Of a stretch of DNA of 64,000 nucleotides, positions 1 to 10,420 are shown piece by piece. Position 1 is the stretch's first letter, and every line of letters begins with the position of its first letter. Made by a program: the position numbers and the translations under genes. Origin of the DNA: Pelagibacteraceae bacterium (GTDB lineage Bacteria; Pseudomonadota; Alphaproteobacteria; HIMB59; GCA-002718135). The DNA is taken from contig JABHWG010000082.1 in the NCBI GenBank assembly GCA_018657885.1, positions 190-64,189 of the forward strand, given 5' to 3'. The notes below the pieces were generated by a model. The model searched no databases. It worked only from the letters and a program-made list of their open reading frames with translations, and had not been told where the DNA came from.

Positions 1-918
1 TCAAAATCAATATTAGAATCAAAAAAACATTCTTATTCAGAAAAACCTCTTTCTATTGAGTTTGATGATGGAAAAAAATTAAATGAATTAGCTCAAGAAA
101 ATAATGTTTACGTTGGTTGTGCTCCGGATACTTTTTTAGGAGCAGGAATCCAAACAGCTAGAAAACTTCTTGATAATAATGCAATTGGTAATGTGCAACT
201 AGGGAGTATCTCTATGGCAGTGCCCGGTCATGAAATGTGGCATCCTAATCCTGACTTTTATTACAAGTATGGTGGTGGGCCTATTTTAGATATGGGGCCA
301 TACTATTTTACTGCTTTGGTTAGTTTATTAGGATCAGTTGTAAATGTTGATAGTAAAATTAAATCTGTCTATGAAAAAAGAGTTATTGGCAGTGGTAATA
401 GAAAAGGTCAGGAAATTAAAGTAGATATTCCAACAAGTATTATTTCGCATTTAGAGTTTAAATCAGGTGCATTAATTGATACTTTCTTTTCTTTTGATAT
501 TTGGAAACACAACAAGAGTCATATTGAACTATATGGTGACAAAGGCTCTCTGAGTGTGCCAGATCCAAATATGTTTGGAGGAGAGCTTTTAAAGTGTGCT
601 TCCAAAGGAGGTGAATGGGAGTCTATTCCTACAACCCATATGAATTTAGGAAAGTATAACATTGAGAAAAATCATGAGAGAGTCAATGAAGACCCAACAG
701 TGGCAAATTACAGAGGTATTGGTGTTTCAGAAATGATTGATTCAATTAAAAAAGGTAAAAAAAATAGATGTAGTGGGGAATTGAGTTTACATGTCCTAGA
801 TATTATGGATAGTATATTAGAGTCGGGAAAAAGTAGAAAAAAAGTTAATTTAAGAAGTGAGTGTGAAAAACCTGAATATTTTTCTGAAGAGGAAAATAAG
901 AAATTGTTGAAAGGATAG
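1..918 (+). CDS. Gfo/Idh/MocA family oxidoreductase, 5' end cut by the window edge
   Basis: Frame 1 is open from base 1 (SKSILESKKHSYSEKPLSIEFDDGKKLNELAQENNVYVGCAPDTFLGAG...), so the track start at 193 (GTG) is internal. The C-terminal domain pattern fits this family. A ThuA-domain gene, a frequent partner, follows 4 nt later. Confidence 0.8.
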   Translation, partial: SKSILESKKHSYSEKPLSIEFDDGKKLNELAQENNVYVGCAPDTFLGAGIQTARKLLDNNAIGNVQLGSISMAVPGHEMWHPNPDFYYKYGGGPILDMGPYYFTALVSLLGSVVNVDSKIKSVYEKRVIGSGNRKGQEIKVDIPTSIISHLEFKSGALIDTFFSFDIWKHNKSHIELYGDKGSLSVPDPNMFGGELLKCASKGGEWESIPTTHMNLGKYNIEKNHERVNEDPTVANYRGIGVSEMIDSIKKGKKNRCSGELSLHVLDIMDSILESGKSRKKVNLRSECEKPEYFSEEENKKLLKG

Positions 919-922
919 TAAA

Positions 923-1636
923 ATGAAAAAAGCCCTGATTGTATATGGTGGATGGCCAGGACATGAACCTGAAAAATGTACTGAAATATTAACTGAAATG
1001 TTAGAATCTGATGGATATGAAGTTAGAGCTGAATATCAAACTTCTGCTTTTGCAGAAGATTATGTTCATGAAATGGATCTAATTATTCCTCTTGTTACAA
1101 TGGCATTCCATTTTGACCCCAGAGGTGAAATAAAAAAAAATGCAGTCAATAATGTTGTTAAGGCTGTTATTAATGGAGCCGGATTAGCAGGTCATCACGG
1201 CGGTATGTGTGATGCTTTTAGACAATCAATTGATTGGCAATTTTTAACTGGTGGACAGTGGGTCAGTCATCCAAGTGGTATTCATGATTATAAAGTTAAT
1301 ATTACTAAAACAGATGATCCTATTATGGAAGGGATTGAAGATTTTGATTATCATTCGGAACAATATTATATGCATGTAGATCCAATGAACGAAGTATTAG
1401 CTACAACGACCTTTAAAGGAAACGAGGTTTGGAATCTTGAGCAAGAACCAGGCTCATCCAATGGTGATGCTTATACAACTGATTGGTTAAAGGGTGTTAG
1501 AATGCCAGTGGTATGGAAGCGTTGTATTGGTAAAGGAAAAATATTTTATACCTCTCTTGGTCATTTTGCTAAAGAACTGCATCACCCAGAAATGAGAAAA
1601 ATATATCACCGTGGATTACTCTGGGCTTCTAGATAA
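923..1636 (+). CDS. ThuA-domain protein (trehalose-utilisation-like, GATase1 fold)
   Basis: 237 aa. The sequences MKKALIVYGGWPGHEP, GLAGHHGGMCDAFR, FLTGGQWVSHP, HSEQYYMHVDP and VVWKR..GKGKIFYTSLGH match my recollection of ThuA-family proteins. Confidence 0.75.
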   Translation: MKKALIVYGGWPGHEPEKCTEILTEMLESDGYEVRAEYQTSAFAEDYVHEMDLIIPLVTMAFHFDPRGEIKKNAVNNVVKAVINGAGLAGHHGGMCDAFRQSIDWQFLTGGQWVSHPSGIHDYKVNITKTDDPIMEGIEDFDYHSEQYYMHVDPMNEVLATTTFKGNEVWNLEQEPGSSNGDAYTTDWLKGVRMPVVWKRCIGKGKIFYTSLGHFAKELHHPEMRKIYHRGLLWASR

Positions 1637-1647
1637 TTTAGATAATT

Positions 1648-3132
1648 ATGTTCATTGGCATTGATTTAGGAACTTCATCTGTAAAAACTATCCTTATTGA
1701 TGAAAACCAAAATACTCTTGCCTCTAAAACTGAGTTAATTTCAATCGAGAATCCTCAAAATGGATATTATGAGCAAGATCCTGATCAATGGTACGAAGCT
1801 ACTGTAAGATGTTTTGATTTTCTTAAAAAAGAAAAACCTAGAGAGTTTGCTGAAACACTTGCTTTATCTATTTCAGGACAAATGCACGGTGCAAATCTTT
1901 TAGATAAAGAGGGGAAAATCTTAAGAAGTTGCATCTTGTGGAATGACACACGTTCATCAAAAGAATGTGATGAGATGGAAAAAAAATGTTCAAATCTTAG
2001 AGAGATTTCAGGTAATATAGCTATGCCAGGTTTTACAGCTCCAAAAGTTTTATGGGTAAAGAATAATGAGCCTGATGTTTTTAAAGAAATTGATAAAGTT
2101 TTGCTTCCAAAGGATTATTTGAGATATAGATTATCTGGTGAGTTTGTAACAGATACTTCAGATGCATCAGGTACCTTGTGGCTTGATGTTCAAAAAAGAA
2201 ATTGGTCAGAAGAGTTATTGGAATCAACATCCCTGAACATAAAGCATATGCCAAGAATTGTAGAAGGTTCAGAGCAGTCAGCAACCATATCTAAATCAAT
2301 TAAAGATCAATTTGGTTTCAATCATCATGTTATTATAGCTGGTGGGGCAGGTGATCAGGCAGCAGGAGCAGCTGGATCTGGTGTTATTAATTCATCTCAA
2401 GCCGTTTTATCTTTAGGAACATCAGGAGTTTATTTTTCTCCAACTTCAAAATTTTCTTCTAATACTAGAAAAGCTGTCCATTCTTTTTGTCATTGCTTAC
2501 CAAATACTTGGCATCATATGTCCGTTATGCTTAGTGCTGCCAATTGCATGGATTGGGTATCAGGAATGTATGGGATTTCAATTGAAGATTTTTATAAAAT
2601 TGTCGGTGATTTTTCTAATGATATTACAAATATCAAAAATGCACCATTTTTTTTACCTTATCTAAGTGGTGAGAGAACTCCGCATAATAATGCTTTTATA
2701 AGAGCAGGATTTCATTCAATAACAACATCTTCTTCAAAGGCAGGAATGTTATATGCTCTACTTGAGGGAGTAACTTTTGGATTAAAAGATGGTTTTGAAG
2801 CAGTAAATGAAATTAATGAAAAAACTGATGAAACTTATGTCGTTGGTGGTGGAGCAAAAAGTGAAACCTGGCTTAAGCTTCTAAGTTCAGCAATTAATAC
2901 ACAAATTATTCAGGGAGAAGATTCAAATCTTGGACCATCACTTGGTGTTGCAAGACTTGCTATGATCTCAACGGGAAAATTTGATCAAGAAAATGTGATG
3001 AAAAAAATACATACTCAAAAAATAATTAATACTAGCTCTCAGCTAGTTGATATTTTAAATAAACGATATGAAGTTTGGTCTCAAATAGTATCGGCAAATC
3101 TTAAAATAGCAAAAAATATAATAAACCATTAG
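1648..3132 (+). CDS. xylB: xylulokinase (FGGY family)
   Basis: 494 aa with the FGGY N-terminal motif MFIGIDLGTSSVK, GGGAGDQAAGAAG and a C-terminal GGGAKS. It lies directly upstream of xylA. Confidence 0.85.
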   Translation: MFIGIDLGTSSVKTILIDENQNTLASKTELISIENPQNGYYEQDPDQWYEATVRCFDFLKKEKPREFAETLALSISGQMHGANLLDKEGKILRSCILWNDTRSSKECDEMEKKCSNLREISGNIAMPGFTAPKVLWVKNNEPDVFKEIDKVLLPKDYLRYRLSGEFVTDTSDASGTLWLDVQKRNWSEELLESTSLNIKHMPRIVEGSEQSATISKSIKDQFGFNHHVIIAGGAGDQAAGAAGSGVINSSQAVLSLGTSGVYFSPTSKFSSNTRKAVHSFCHCLPNTWHHMSVMLSAANCMDWVSGMYGISIEDFYKIVGDFSNDITNIKNAPFFLPYLSGERTPHNNAFIRAGFHSITTSSSKAGMLYALLEGVTFGLKDGFEAVNEINEKTDETYVVGGGAKSETWLKLLSSAINTQIIQGEDSNLGPSLGVARLAMISTGKFDQENVMKKIHTQKIINTSSQLVDILNKRYEVWSQIVSANLKIAKNIINH

Positions 3133-3138
3133 GAGGAA

Positions 3139-4455
3139 ATGATGAGTGATTACTTTAAAAATATTAATGAAATAAACTTTGAAGGTGAAAGCAGTAATAA
3201 TCCTTTAAGCTTTAAATATTATGATGAAAATAAAATGGTTTTGGGAAAAACGATGAAAGAACATCTTCGTTTCGCAACTTGTTATTGGCATACTTTCACT
3301 TGGCCAGGCTTAGATCCTTTTGGTGGCGCTACTTTTGATCGACCTTGGATGTCAAGTGGTGACCCTCTTAAAATGGCTGAAATAAAACTTGATGAAGCTT
3401 TTGATTTTTTTAAAAAAATCAAAACCCCTTTCTTTTGTTTTCATGATAGAGATATTTCTCCTGAAGGATCTAACTATAAAGAAACACAATCTAATTTTTT
3501 TCACATTATTGATATGATGGAATCAAAAATGCAATACTCAGGTACTAAACTTTTATGGGGAACAGCAAATGCCTTTTCACACAAAAGGTATATGAGTGGT
3601 GCTTCAACAAATCCAGACCCAGAAGTTTTTGCCTATAAAGCGGCTCAAGTAAAAGACTGTATGGATGCAACGAAGAGATTAGGTGGAAGTAATTATGTAT
3701 TATGGGGAGGAAGAGAGGGATATGAAACTATCCTTAATACCAACATGACATTGGAAATGGATAATTTAAGACGTTTTCTTGAGCTTGTCGTTGATTATAA
3801 ACATAAGATTGGTTTTGATGGACAAATACTTCTGGAACCAAAACCTCATGAACCAACAAAACATCAATATGATTTTGACTCTGCATCTTGCTTAGCTTTT
3901 TTAAGAAGTGCAGGTTTAGAAAAAGAAATAAAGTTAAATATTGAAGCTAATCATGCAACTCTAGCAGGCCATAGTTTTGAACATGAAATAGCTTATGCGA
4001 TAGCTAATAAGGCTTTAGGAAGTCTTGATATTAACAGAGGTGATCCACTTCTTGGATGGGATACTGACCAATTCCCCAATAGTGTGTCAGAACTCATACT
4101 TCCTTTTTATCACATTTTCTCCAATGGTGGTTTGGAACAAGGTGGACTAAACTTTGATGCAAAAATAAGAAGACAATCAATTGATCCTGAAGATTTATTT
4201 TATGCTCACATAGGAGGGATGGATGTTTGTGCAAAAACACTACTAGCTGTCGAAAAAATGATAAATGATAACATTTTGCCAGATTATGTATCAAAAAGAT
4301 ATGAGGATTGGGATAAAGATCTTGGAAATTTCATTCACTCTAAGGATGCAACATTAGAAGCAATTCATCAAAAAGTTATTGATGATACTATTGAGCCAAC
4401 TCCACGATCAGGTAATCAAGAATATTTAGAAAATATTTTAAACAAGTACCTATAG
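3139..4455 (+). CDS. xylA: xylose isomerase
   Basis: 438 aa. FEGESSNNPLSFKYYD, LRFATCYWHTF, FFCFHDRD, LWGGREGY, LLEPKPHEPTKHQYDFD and NIEANHATLAGHSFEHE are hallmark XylA blocks. An AGGAGG RBS sits at 3131-3136. Confidence 0.93.
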   Translation: MMSDYFKNINEINFEGESSNNPLSFKYYDENKMVLGKTMKEHLRFATCYWHTFTWPGLDPFGGATFDRPWMSSGDPLKMAEIKLDEAFDFFKKIKTPFFCFHDRDISPEGSNYKETQSNFFHIIDMMESKMQYSGTKLLWGTANAFSHKRYMSGASTNPDPEVFAYKAAQVKDCMDATKRLGGSNYVLWGGREGYETILNTNMTLEMDNLRRFLELVVDYKHKIGFDGQILLEPKPHEPTKHQYDFDSASCLAFLRSAGLEKEIKLNIEANHATLAGHSFEHEIAYAIANKALGSLDINRGDPLLGWDTDQFPNSVSELILPFYHIFSNGGLEQGGLNFDAKIRRQSIDPEDLFYAHIGGMDVCAKTLLAVEKMINDNILPDYVSKRYEDWDKDLGNFIHSKDATLEAIHQKVIDDTIEPTPRSGNQEYLENILNKYL

Positions 4456-4467
4456 TTCAAATATTAT

Positions 4468-4507
4468 TTCTAGTTTATAGGTGTTATAAAATATTTATAA
4501 ACTAGAA
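4468..4507. repeat. perfect 12-bp inverted repeat (ttctagtttata / tataaactagaa, 16-nt loop) between xylA and ribF
   Basis: Read directly: arms at 4468-4479 and 4496-4507. No U-run follows, so a terminator role is uncertain. Confidence 0.5.
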
Positions 4508-5437
4508 GTGAAACTACATAAATTAAATATAAATAAAACATTTAGGGCAAAAAACCTTTGTCTTTGTATTGGTAATTTTGATGGTATTCATATTGGCCAT
4601 CAACATGTAATAAAAAAAATATTAAAGAGTTCTCAAGAACATAAAATGAAGTCAGCTATAATGACTTTTACTCCACATCCAAAAATTTTTTTTAAAAAAA
4701 ATAATAAAAATTTTAATATTACAACAAATAACTTTAAAAAAAAATTTCTTAGTGATCTTGGTATTGAGCATTACATTGAATATAGTTTTAATAAATCATT
4801 ATCCAATTTAGATGGAATAGATTTTATTAAAAAAATTTTAGTTAAACAACTTCATGTTAAAAAAATTATCGTTGGTAAAGATTTTAGATTTGGTAAAGAC
4901 AGATCTGGTGATACTAAATTATTAAAAAAATTATCTTCTATATGTGATTATAAACTTCAAATAATTGAACATGTTAAAAATAAAAATAATAACTTAAAGT
5001 TTTCCTCTTCATCTATTAGAAAAAATATTACCAATGGAGCTTTTGAAAAAGTAGCTGATGCTCTTGGTAGAAATTGGCATATGAAAGGAAAAATAATTAA
5101 AGGTAATCAAAAAGCTAGATTAATTAATTTTCCTACGGCAAATATGACACCAGGAACTCATATTATTCCAAGAAAGGGTGTTTATTGTGTTAAAGTTATC
5201 ATTAATGACAATGAATACAAAGGTATTGCTAATTTTGGAGAAAGACCAACTGTCAATGGTACTAACTTACTTTTAGAAACACATATATTTGAATACAATG
5301 AAGATATTTATGGTAAACAATTGACTGTTGAATTTCTAACATTTATTAGACCTGAAAAAAAATATAAGGATTTTAAAACACTAACAAGTCAAATTCGCAA
5401 AGACGTAATCAAAGCAGAAAAATATCATAAAATTTAA
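4508..5437 (+). CDS. ribF: bifunctional riboflavin kinase / FAD synthetase
   Basis: 309 aa with a GTG start. It has GNFDGIHIGHQHV, GKDFRFGKDRSGD and a C-terminal riboflavin kinase region (PTANM..., ETHIFEYNEDIYGK). Confidence 0.9.
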   Translation: MKLHKLNINKTFRAKNLCLCIGNFDGIHIGHQHVIKKILKSSQEHKMKSAIMTFTPHPKIFFKKNNKNFNITTNNFKKKFLSDLGIEHYIEYSFNKSLSNLDGIDFIKKILVKQLHVKKIIVGKDFRFGKDRSGDTKLLKKLSSICDYKLQIIEHVKNKNNNLKFSSSSIRKNITNGAFEKVADALGRNWHMKGKIIKGNQKARLINFPTANMTPGTHIIPRKGVYCVKVIINDNEYKGIANFGERPTVNGTNLLLETHIFEYNEDIYGKQLTVEFLTFIRPEKKYKDFKTLTSQIRKDVIKAEKYHKI

Positions 5438-8211
5438 TGGAATATAAAGATACTATTTTTTTACCTAAATCCTCTTTTGAAATGAGAGCTAATTTACCTG
5501 TCAAAGAACCAAAAATTTTAGAAAAATGGGAGGAAGAAAAAATTTTTTATAAATTAAGAGAAAAATCAAAAGGTAGAGAAAAGTTTGTTCTTCATGACGG
5601 CCCTCCATATGCAAATGGAAACATTCATATGGGAACAGCATTAAATAAAATATTAAAAGATGTAATTGTAAGAACTCAACAAATGTCAGGTAAGGATTCT
5701 ATTTATGTCCCTGGTTGGGATTGTCATGGTCTTCCAATTGAATGGAAAATTGAAGAAGGATATAGAAAAAAAGGAAAAAATAAAGATGATGTGCCTGTAG
5801 TTCAGTTTCGACAGGAGTGCAGAGATTTTGCAAAAAAATGGATTGATATACAAAAAGCAGAATTTAGAAGGTTGGGCGTAGAAGGTGATTGGGCCAATCC
5901 ATATCTAACGATGTCGAATGAGGCAGAAGCCCAAATTGTTCGTGAAATTGGAAAGTTTCTACTAGATGAAAGTTTATACAAAGGTGCTAAACCTGTTCTA
6001 TGGTCAGTTGTCGAAAAAACAGCTCTAGCAGATGCTGAAGTTGAATATGAAGATCATACATCTAATACAATCTATGTTAAATTTTTAATTAATAGTTCTG
6101 CAGATAAAGATCTTGAAGGTTCTAATATAGTCATTTGGACAACTACACCTTGGACTATACCAGGTAATAGGGCGCTAGCTTTTGGGAAAGATTTAAAATA
6201 TTCTTTAATTGAAGTTCAAAGTATATCTGATGAATCACTAGCAAAAGTAGGCGATAAACTTATTTTCGCTGAAGAATTAATAAATCAGGTAAGTGAAGAA
6301 ATTGGAATAAAAACTTTTAAAATTATTAAAATTTTTCAAGGCAACAATCTAAATGATTGTCAGTGTGAGCATCCATTTAAAAATATAGGGTACGATTTTA
6401 TAGTTAGACCATATCATGGAGATTTTGTTAATCTAGAGCAAGGAACAGGCATAGTTCATATTGCCCCTGGACACGGAGTTGATGATTATAATTTAGGTAT
6501 TCAAAATGGTGTAGATATCATTCAAACAGTTCAAGATGATGGTAAATACAATCACTATGCAAAGGGTTTTGAGGGAGAGCATATATATAAGGTTGATGAT
6601 AAAATTGCTGAAAAGCTAAAAGAGTTTTCTAAATTATTATTTAAAGGAACACTTCGGCATAGCTACCCTCATTCTTGGAGATCAAAAGCACCCTTAATTT
6701 ATAGAAATACACCTCAGTGGTTTATCTCGATGGAAAAAAATAACCTTAGAGATATTGCCTTAAAGTCAATTGATGACACTATATTTTATCCACCTCAAGG
6801 ACAAAAGCGTTTGCGATCAATGATTGAGACAAGGCCGGATTGGTGTGTTTCAAGACAAAGAGTGTGGGGAGTTCCTTTACCACTTTTTGTCCATAAAGAA
6901 ACTGGTCAGCCTTTAAGAGATCAAGAAGTAGTTGACAGAATAGCTGATATTTATGAAAAAGAAGGCACTGATACGTGGTTTACTGAAAATCCTCAGAGAT
7001 TTCTAGGGGATAAGTATTCAATAAAAGATTATGATCAAGTCAAAGATGTGGTTGAGGTATGGTTTGATAGCGGATCTACACATGCTTTTTGCTTAGAAAA
7101 AAGAGATGATCTTAAATGGCCAGCATCAATGTATCTTGAAGGAAGCGATCAACACCGTGGATGGTTTCATTCTTCTTTATTAGAATCATCTGGTACAAGA
7201 GGAAGAGCTCCTTATGAGAGTGTCTTAACCCATGGATTTGTCGTTGATGGTAAAGGCAGAAAAATGTCAAAATCTCTAGGTAATGTTATTTCACCAAATG
7301 ATATTCTTAAAAAATATGGAGTTGATATTTTACGATTATGGGTTGTGGCTTCTGATTACTACGATGATTTAAAATTAGACAATGCAATATTACAATCACA
7401 AACAGATTCTTATAGAAGAATAAGGAATACTTTTCGATACTTAATAGGCAATCTTGATGGTTTTGATGAGAATGAAAAAATTACAGAAAATGATTTCCCT
7501 GATTTAGAAAAATTTATCTTGCACAGACTGTGGGAAACTGATCAAATAATTAAAGATTGTGTAAAATCTTTTAACTTTCACCTAATGTTTACTACTCTTT
7601 TAAATTTTTGCTCTAATGACTTATCTTCTTTTTATTTTGATATTCGTAAAGATGTTATTTATTGCGATTCCACTAAATCTAAAGAAAGAAGATCTGCAAG
7701 AACACTTCTAGATATTACTTTTAACTATCTGGTTAGATGGCTTGCTCCATCATTGTCTTTTACGACAGAAGAGGCATGGAAGTCTAGAGGTAATCAAACA
7801 AGCATACATTTAGAAGATTTTTTACAGACCCCTGATGCTTATAAAAATTCTGATATTAATGAGACTTGGATAGTTCTTAAACAAATAAGAAAAGTTATTA
7901 CAGGCGCTCTTGAGAAAAAAAGAGCTGATAAAATCATTGGTTCAAGCCTAGAGGCACATTTAGATATTTATGTTGAAAAGCCAGTTTTAGAAAAAATTAA
8001 AAACTATCAAATGGATGAAATTAGTATTACCTCTTCGTTTTCATATCATGAAATAAGTGATGCAATTGAAGGTTTTTCTATAGAAGAAATTCCAAATGTT
8101 AAAATAATCGTATCAAAAACAAGCTCAAAAAAATGTCAAAGGTGCTGGAAATATAAGGAAGAATTAATTCGTGATGAGATATGTGATCGTTGCGATGATG
8201 CAATATCATAG
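5437..8211 (+). CDS. ileS: isoleucine--tRNA ligase
   Basis: 924 aa with HDGPPYANGNIHMGTALNK (HIGH region), KMSKSLGN and a C-terminal Cys cluster (CQRCWKY...CDRC). Its start overlaps the ribF stop (TAATG). Confidence 0.97.
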   Translation: MEYKDTIFLPKSSFEMRANLPVKEPKILEKWEEEKIFYKLREKSKGREKFVLHDGPPYANGNIHMGTALNKILKDVIVRTQQMSGKDSIYVPGWDCHGLPIEWKIEEGYRKKGKNKDDVPVVQFRQECRDFAKKWIDIQKAEFRRLGVEGDWANPYLTMSNEAEAQIVREIGKFLLDESLYKGAKPVLWSVVEKTALADAEVEYEDHTSNTIYVKFLINSSADKDLEGSNIVIWTTTPWTIPGNRALAFGKDLKYSLIEVQSISDESLAKVGDKLIFAEELINQVSEEIGIKTFKIIKIFQGNNLNDCQCEHPFKNIGYDFIVRPYHGDFVNLEQGTGIVHIAPGHGVDDYNLGIQNGVDIIQTVQDDGKYNHYAKGFEGEHIYKVDDKIAEKLKEFSKLLFKGTLRHSYPHSWRSKAPLIYRNTPQWFISMEKNNLRDIALKSIDDTIFYPPQGQKRLRSMIETRPDWCVSRQRVWGVPLPLFVHKETGQPLRDQEVVDRIADIYEKEGTDTWFTENPQRFLGDKYSIKDYDQVKDVVEVWFDSGSTHAFCLEKRDDLKWPASMYLEGSDQHRGWFHSSLLESSGTRGRAPYESVLTHGFVVDGKGRKMSKSLGNVISPNDILKKYGVDILRLWVVASDYYDDLKLDNAILQSQTDSYRRIRNTFRYLIGNLDGFDENEKITENDFPDLEKFILHRLWETDQIIKDCVKSFNFHLMFTTLLNFCSNDLSSFYFDIRKDVIYCDSTKSKERRSARTLLDITFNYLVRWLAPSLSFTTEEAWKSRGNQTSIHLEDFLQTPDAYKNSDINETWIVLKQIRKVITGALEKKRADKIIGSSLEAHLDIYVEKPVLEKIKNYQMDEISITSSFSYHEISDAIEGFSIEEIPNVKIIVSKTSSKKCQRCWKYKEELIRDEICDRCDDAIS

Positions 8212-8677
8212 GCTGTTAAGATTGAATAAAATAATTACTTTTATATTATTAATTTTTGCTGATTTATTTTCAAAATATCTTATCTTTAATTTCATAGATC
8301 TATTTCGATTTATAAAGATAACTAATTTTCTTGATATAACGCATATCCATAATTTTGGTGTTTCATTCGGATTATTTTCAGAAATAATTCCATCTTACAT
8401 ACTTATAGTAATTGGTTTAGCAGTAGTGTGTTTTCTTACCTATCTTTTAGTAAACTCTAGAGATGATTTAGAAACCTGGGGTTTATTTATTATTATTTGT
8501 GGAGCAATAGCCAACATAGTTGATAGATTTATGAATGGCTACGTCATAGATTTTATTTACTTTCACGTAAATCAATTTTATTGGCCAGCTTTCAATTTTG
8601 CTGATATTTATATCTCTATTGGGATAATAATGATAATATTAAACATGATTAATAAAATAAGAAATCAAAAAAAATGA
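8171..8677 (+). CDS. lspA: lipoprotein signal peptidase II
   Basis: Four predicted TM segments, NFGVSFG, and IANIVDR...VIDF....WPAFNFAD. The true start may be an internal Met (e.g. 8198) because the first 41 nt overlap ileS. Confidence 0.85.
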   Translation: MMRYVIVAMMQYHRLLRLNKIITFILLIFADLFSKYLIFNFIDLFRFIKITNFLDITHIHNFGVSFGLFSEIIPSYILIVIGLAVVCFLTYLLVNSRDDLETWGLFIIICGAIANIVDRFMNGYVIDFIYFHVNQFYWPAFNFADIYISIGIIMIILNMINKIRNQKK

Positions 8678-9201
8678 AAGCATCAGTAGTAGTATTTTTA
8701 TTCTTATCTATTTTCTTAGTTTCGTGCTCACAAATAAGAGATAGTGCTGGAGTAAACAGGAAAAATATAGATGAATTTCGAGTAATTGAAAATCCCCCAC
8801 TAGTGATTCCTCCTGATTTTAATTTATTACCTCCTGAGCAGCTTAAAGAAAAAAATATTGCAAACGTAGAGAGTGATTTAGCAAAAGAAATTCTTTTTGG
8901 ATTAAATGAAGAATCCAATGTTAATGAATCTAATACATCAACAATGGAAAATATTTTGAATCAAACTAATGCAGATCAATCTAATAATGACATAAGACAA
9001 GAGATAGATGAACAATTTGCTTCAGAAAAAAATATAGATTCTAGTACCTGGGACAATGAAATTGAAATTCTTGATTCTGTTGCTGAATCTCAAAGATTAC
9101 GAAATAAACTTTTAAGTGATGACACAAATATTAATGAAGAAGTACCAACAATTAAAATTGAAAATAAATCTAAAAAGAAAAAAAGATTCTTCTTTTTTTA
9201 A
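8674..9201 (+). CDS. lipoprotein (DUF3035-like), acidic/Asn-rich
   Basis: Signal peptide plus lipobox (FLVSC), followed by the PPLVIPPDFNLLPP motif I associate with the DUF3035 proteins that follow lspA in alphaproteobacteria. Confidence 0.6.
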   Translation: MKASVVVFLFLSIFLVSCSQIRDSAGVNRKNIDEFRVIENPPLVIPPDFNLLPPEQLKEKNIANVESDLAKEILFGLNEESNVNESNTSTMENILNQTNADQSNNDIRQEIDEQFASEKNIDSSTWDNEIEILDSVAESQRLRNKLLSDDTNINEEVPTIKIENKSKKKKRFFFF

Positions 9202-9208
9202 TTTATAA

Positions 9209-10420
9209 ATGTCAACAAATTTTACAAATATAAATTTTAACGAAGATATTAATTTGCCTAATAATATAGATCAACTCAATCAAGAGATCACAACTATATG
9301 TAATAATCTTCCTGCACTTAATATTGTTAAAGATAAAGAACTATTAGAATTCACATTAGAGAAAACTGAGATATTTAAAAAAAATAAAAAAAATTTTGTA
9401 GTTTTTGGAACAGGAGGATCAAATCTAGGAGCTAGAGCTTTAATTAATATTTTAACAAATCGGCCAAAAAATATCTTTTTTTTTGATAATATAGACCCTT
9501 TATTTTTTCAAAATGAAGTAATGAGTTTAGATATTAAGACAACTGGATTTGTAGTAATTTCAAAATCTGGCACTACACCTGAAACCCTCTCTCAATTTGG
9601 AGCTGTTATAAATTTAGCATATGAAAAAAATATTTTAGACACATTATATGCTAACACATTAGTTGTAACAGAATTCAAAAACTCTCCTTTATTTAATATT
9701 GCTAAAAAAAATAATTGCCTTCTTTTAGAGCATCAAAAAGATATTGGTGGTCGCTACTCAATTTTTTCAAATGTTGGAATGATACCTGCAATCATTGCTG
9801 GGTTGGATGTAAAAAAAATACATCAAGGAGCACTAAGTATTATTAATAAAAATAATTTCACTAATACTTTTAAATTTGCCCAATTATATAGATTTTGTAA
9901 CGCTAATAATTTTTTGTCAAATGTTATAATGACTTACTCAGATGGATTAAATTATTTTGGAAAATGGTATCTTCAATTATGGGCTGAAAGTATTGGTAAA
10001 AAAAATAGAGGTATTACCGCTTTACATGCAACTGGAACCACAGATCAACATAGTCAATTACAACTTTATTTAGATGGACCAAAAGATAAATTTTTTACGT
10101 TTATTAAGAGTAATTACAAAAATAAAGGTTTAAAGATTAATTCTGAAATAATGAGAGGTGAATCAGTTAATTATTTAGTTGATAAGACAATGGGAGACTT
10201 GATGCATGCTGAACAGAATGCAACAATTGATACATTCAAATTAAATAATTTTAAGTTTAGAGAAATCACTATTGAGGATATTAACGAAGAGTCCATTGGG
10301 TCTTTGATGGCTAATAGTATAATAGAGACTATAGCTGCATGTGTTTATTTCGATGTAGATCCTTTTGATCAGCCGGCAGTAGAGCAAGGTAAAATTTTGA
10401 CCAAAAAGTATCTTAGTTAA
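9209..10420 (+). CDS. pgi: glucose-6-phosphate isomerase (short form)
   Basis: 403 aa with FGTGGSNLGARAL, ISKSGTTPETL, GGRYSIFSNVG and GTTDQHSQLQLYLDGP. Confidence 0.85.
   Translation: MSTNFTNINFNEDINLPNNIDQLNQEITTICNNLPALNIVKDKELLEFTLEKTEIFKKNKKNFVVFGTGGSNLGARALINILTNRPKNIFFFDNIDPLFFQNEVMSLDIKTTGFVVISKSGTTPETLSQFGAVINLAYEKNILDTLYANTLVVTEFKNSPLFNIAKKNNCLLLEHQKDIGGRYSIFSNVGMIPAIIAGLDVKKIHQGALSIINKNNFTNTFKFAQLYRFCNANNFLSNVIMTYSDGLNYFGKWYLQLWAESIGKKNRGITALHATGTTDQHSQLQLYLDGPKDKFFTFIKSNYKNKGLKINSEIMRGESVNYLVDKTMGDLMHAEQNATIDTFKLNNFKFREITIEDINEESIGSLMANSIIETIAACVYFDVDPFDQPAVEQGKILTKKYLS

Noticed and set aside
2081-4294. Antisense ORFs 2081-2284 (-) and 4094-4294 (-) inside xylB and xylA.
   Set aside because: They lie entirely within strongly supported genes on the opposite strand. 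Their low-complexity Leu/Phe/Ile-rich translations are typical of AT-rich antisense frames, and they carry no motifs.
8649-8918. ORF 8649-8918 (-) overlapping the lspA end and the lipoprotein gene.
   Set aside because: It is antisense to two well-supported, colinear genes. Its Ser/Phe-rich composition looks like an artefact.
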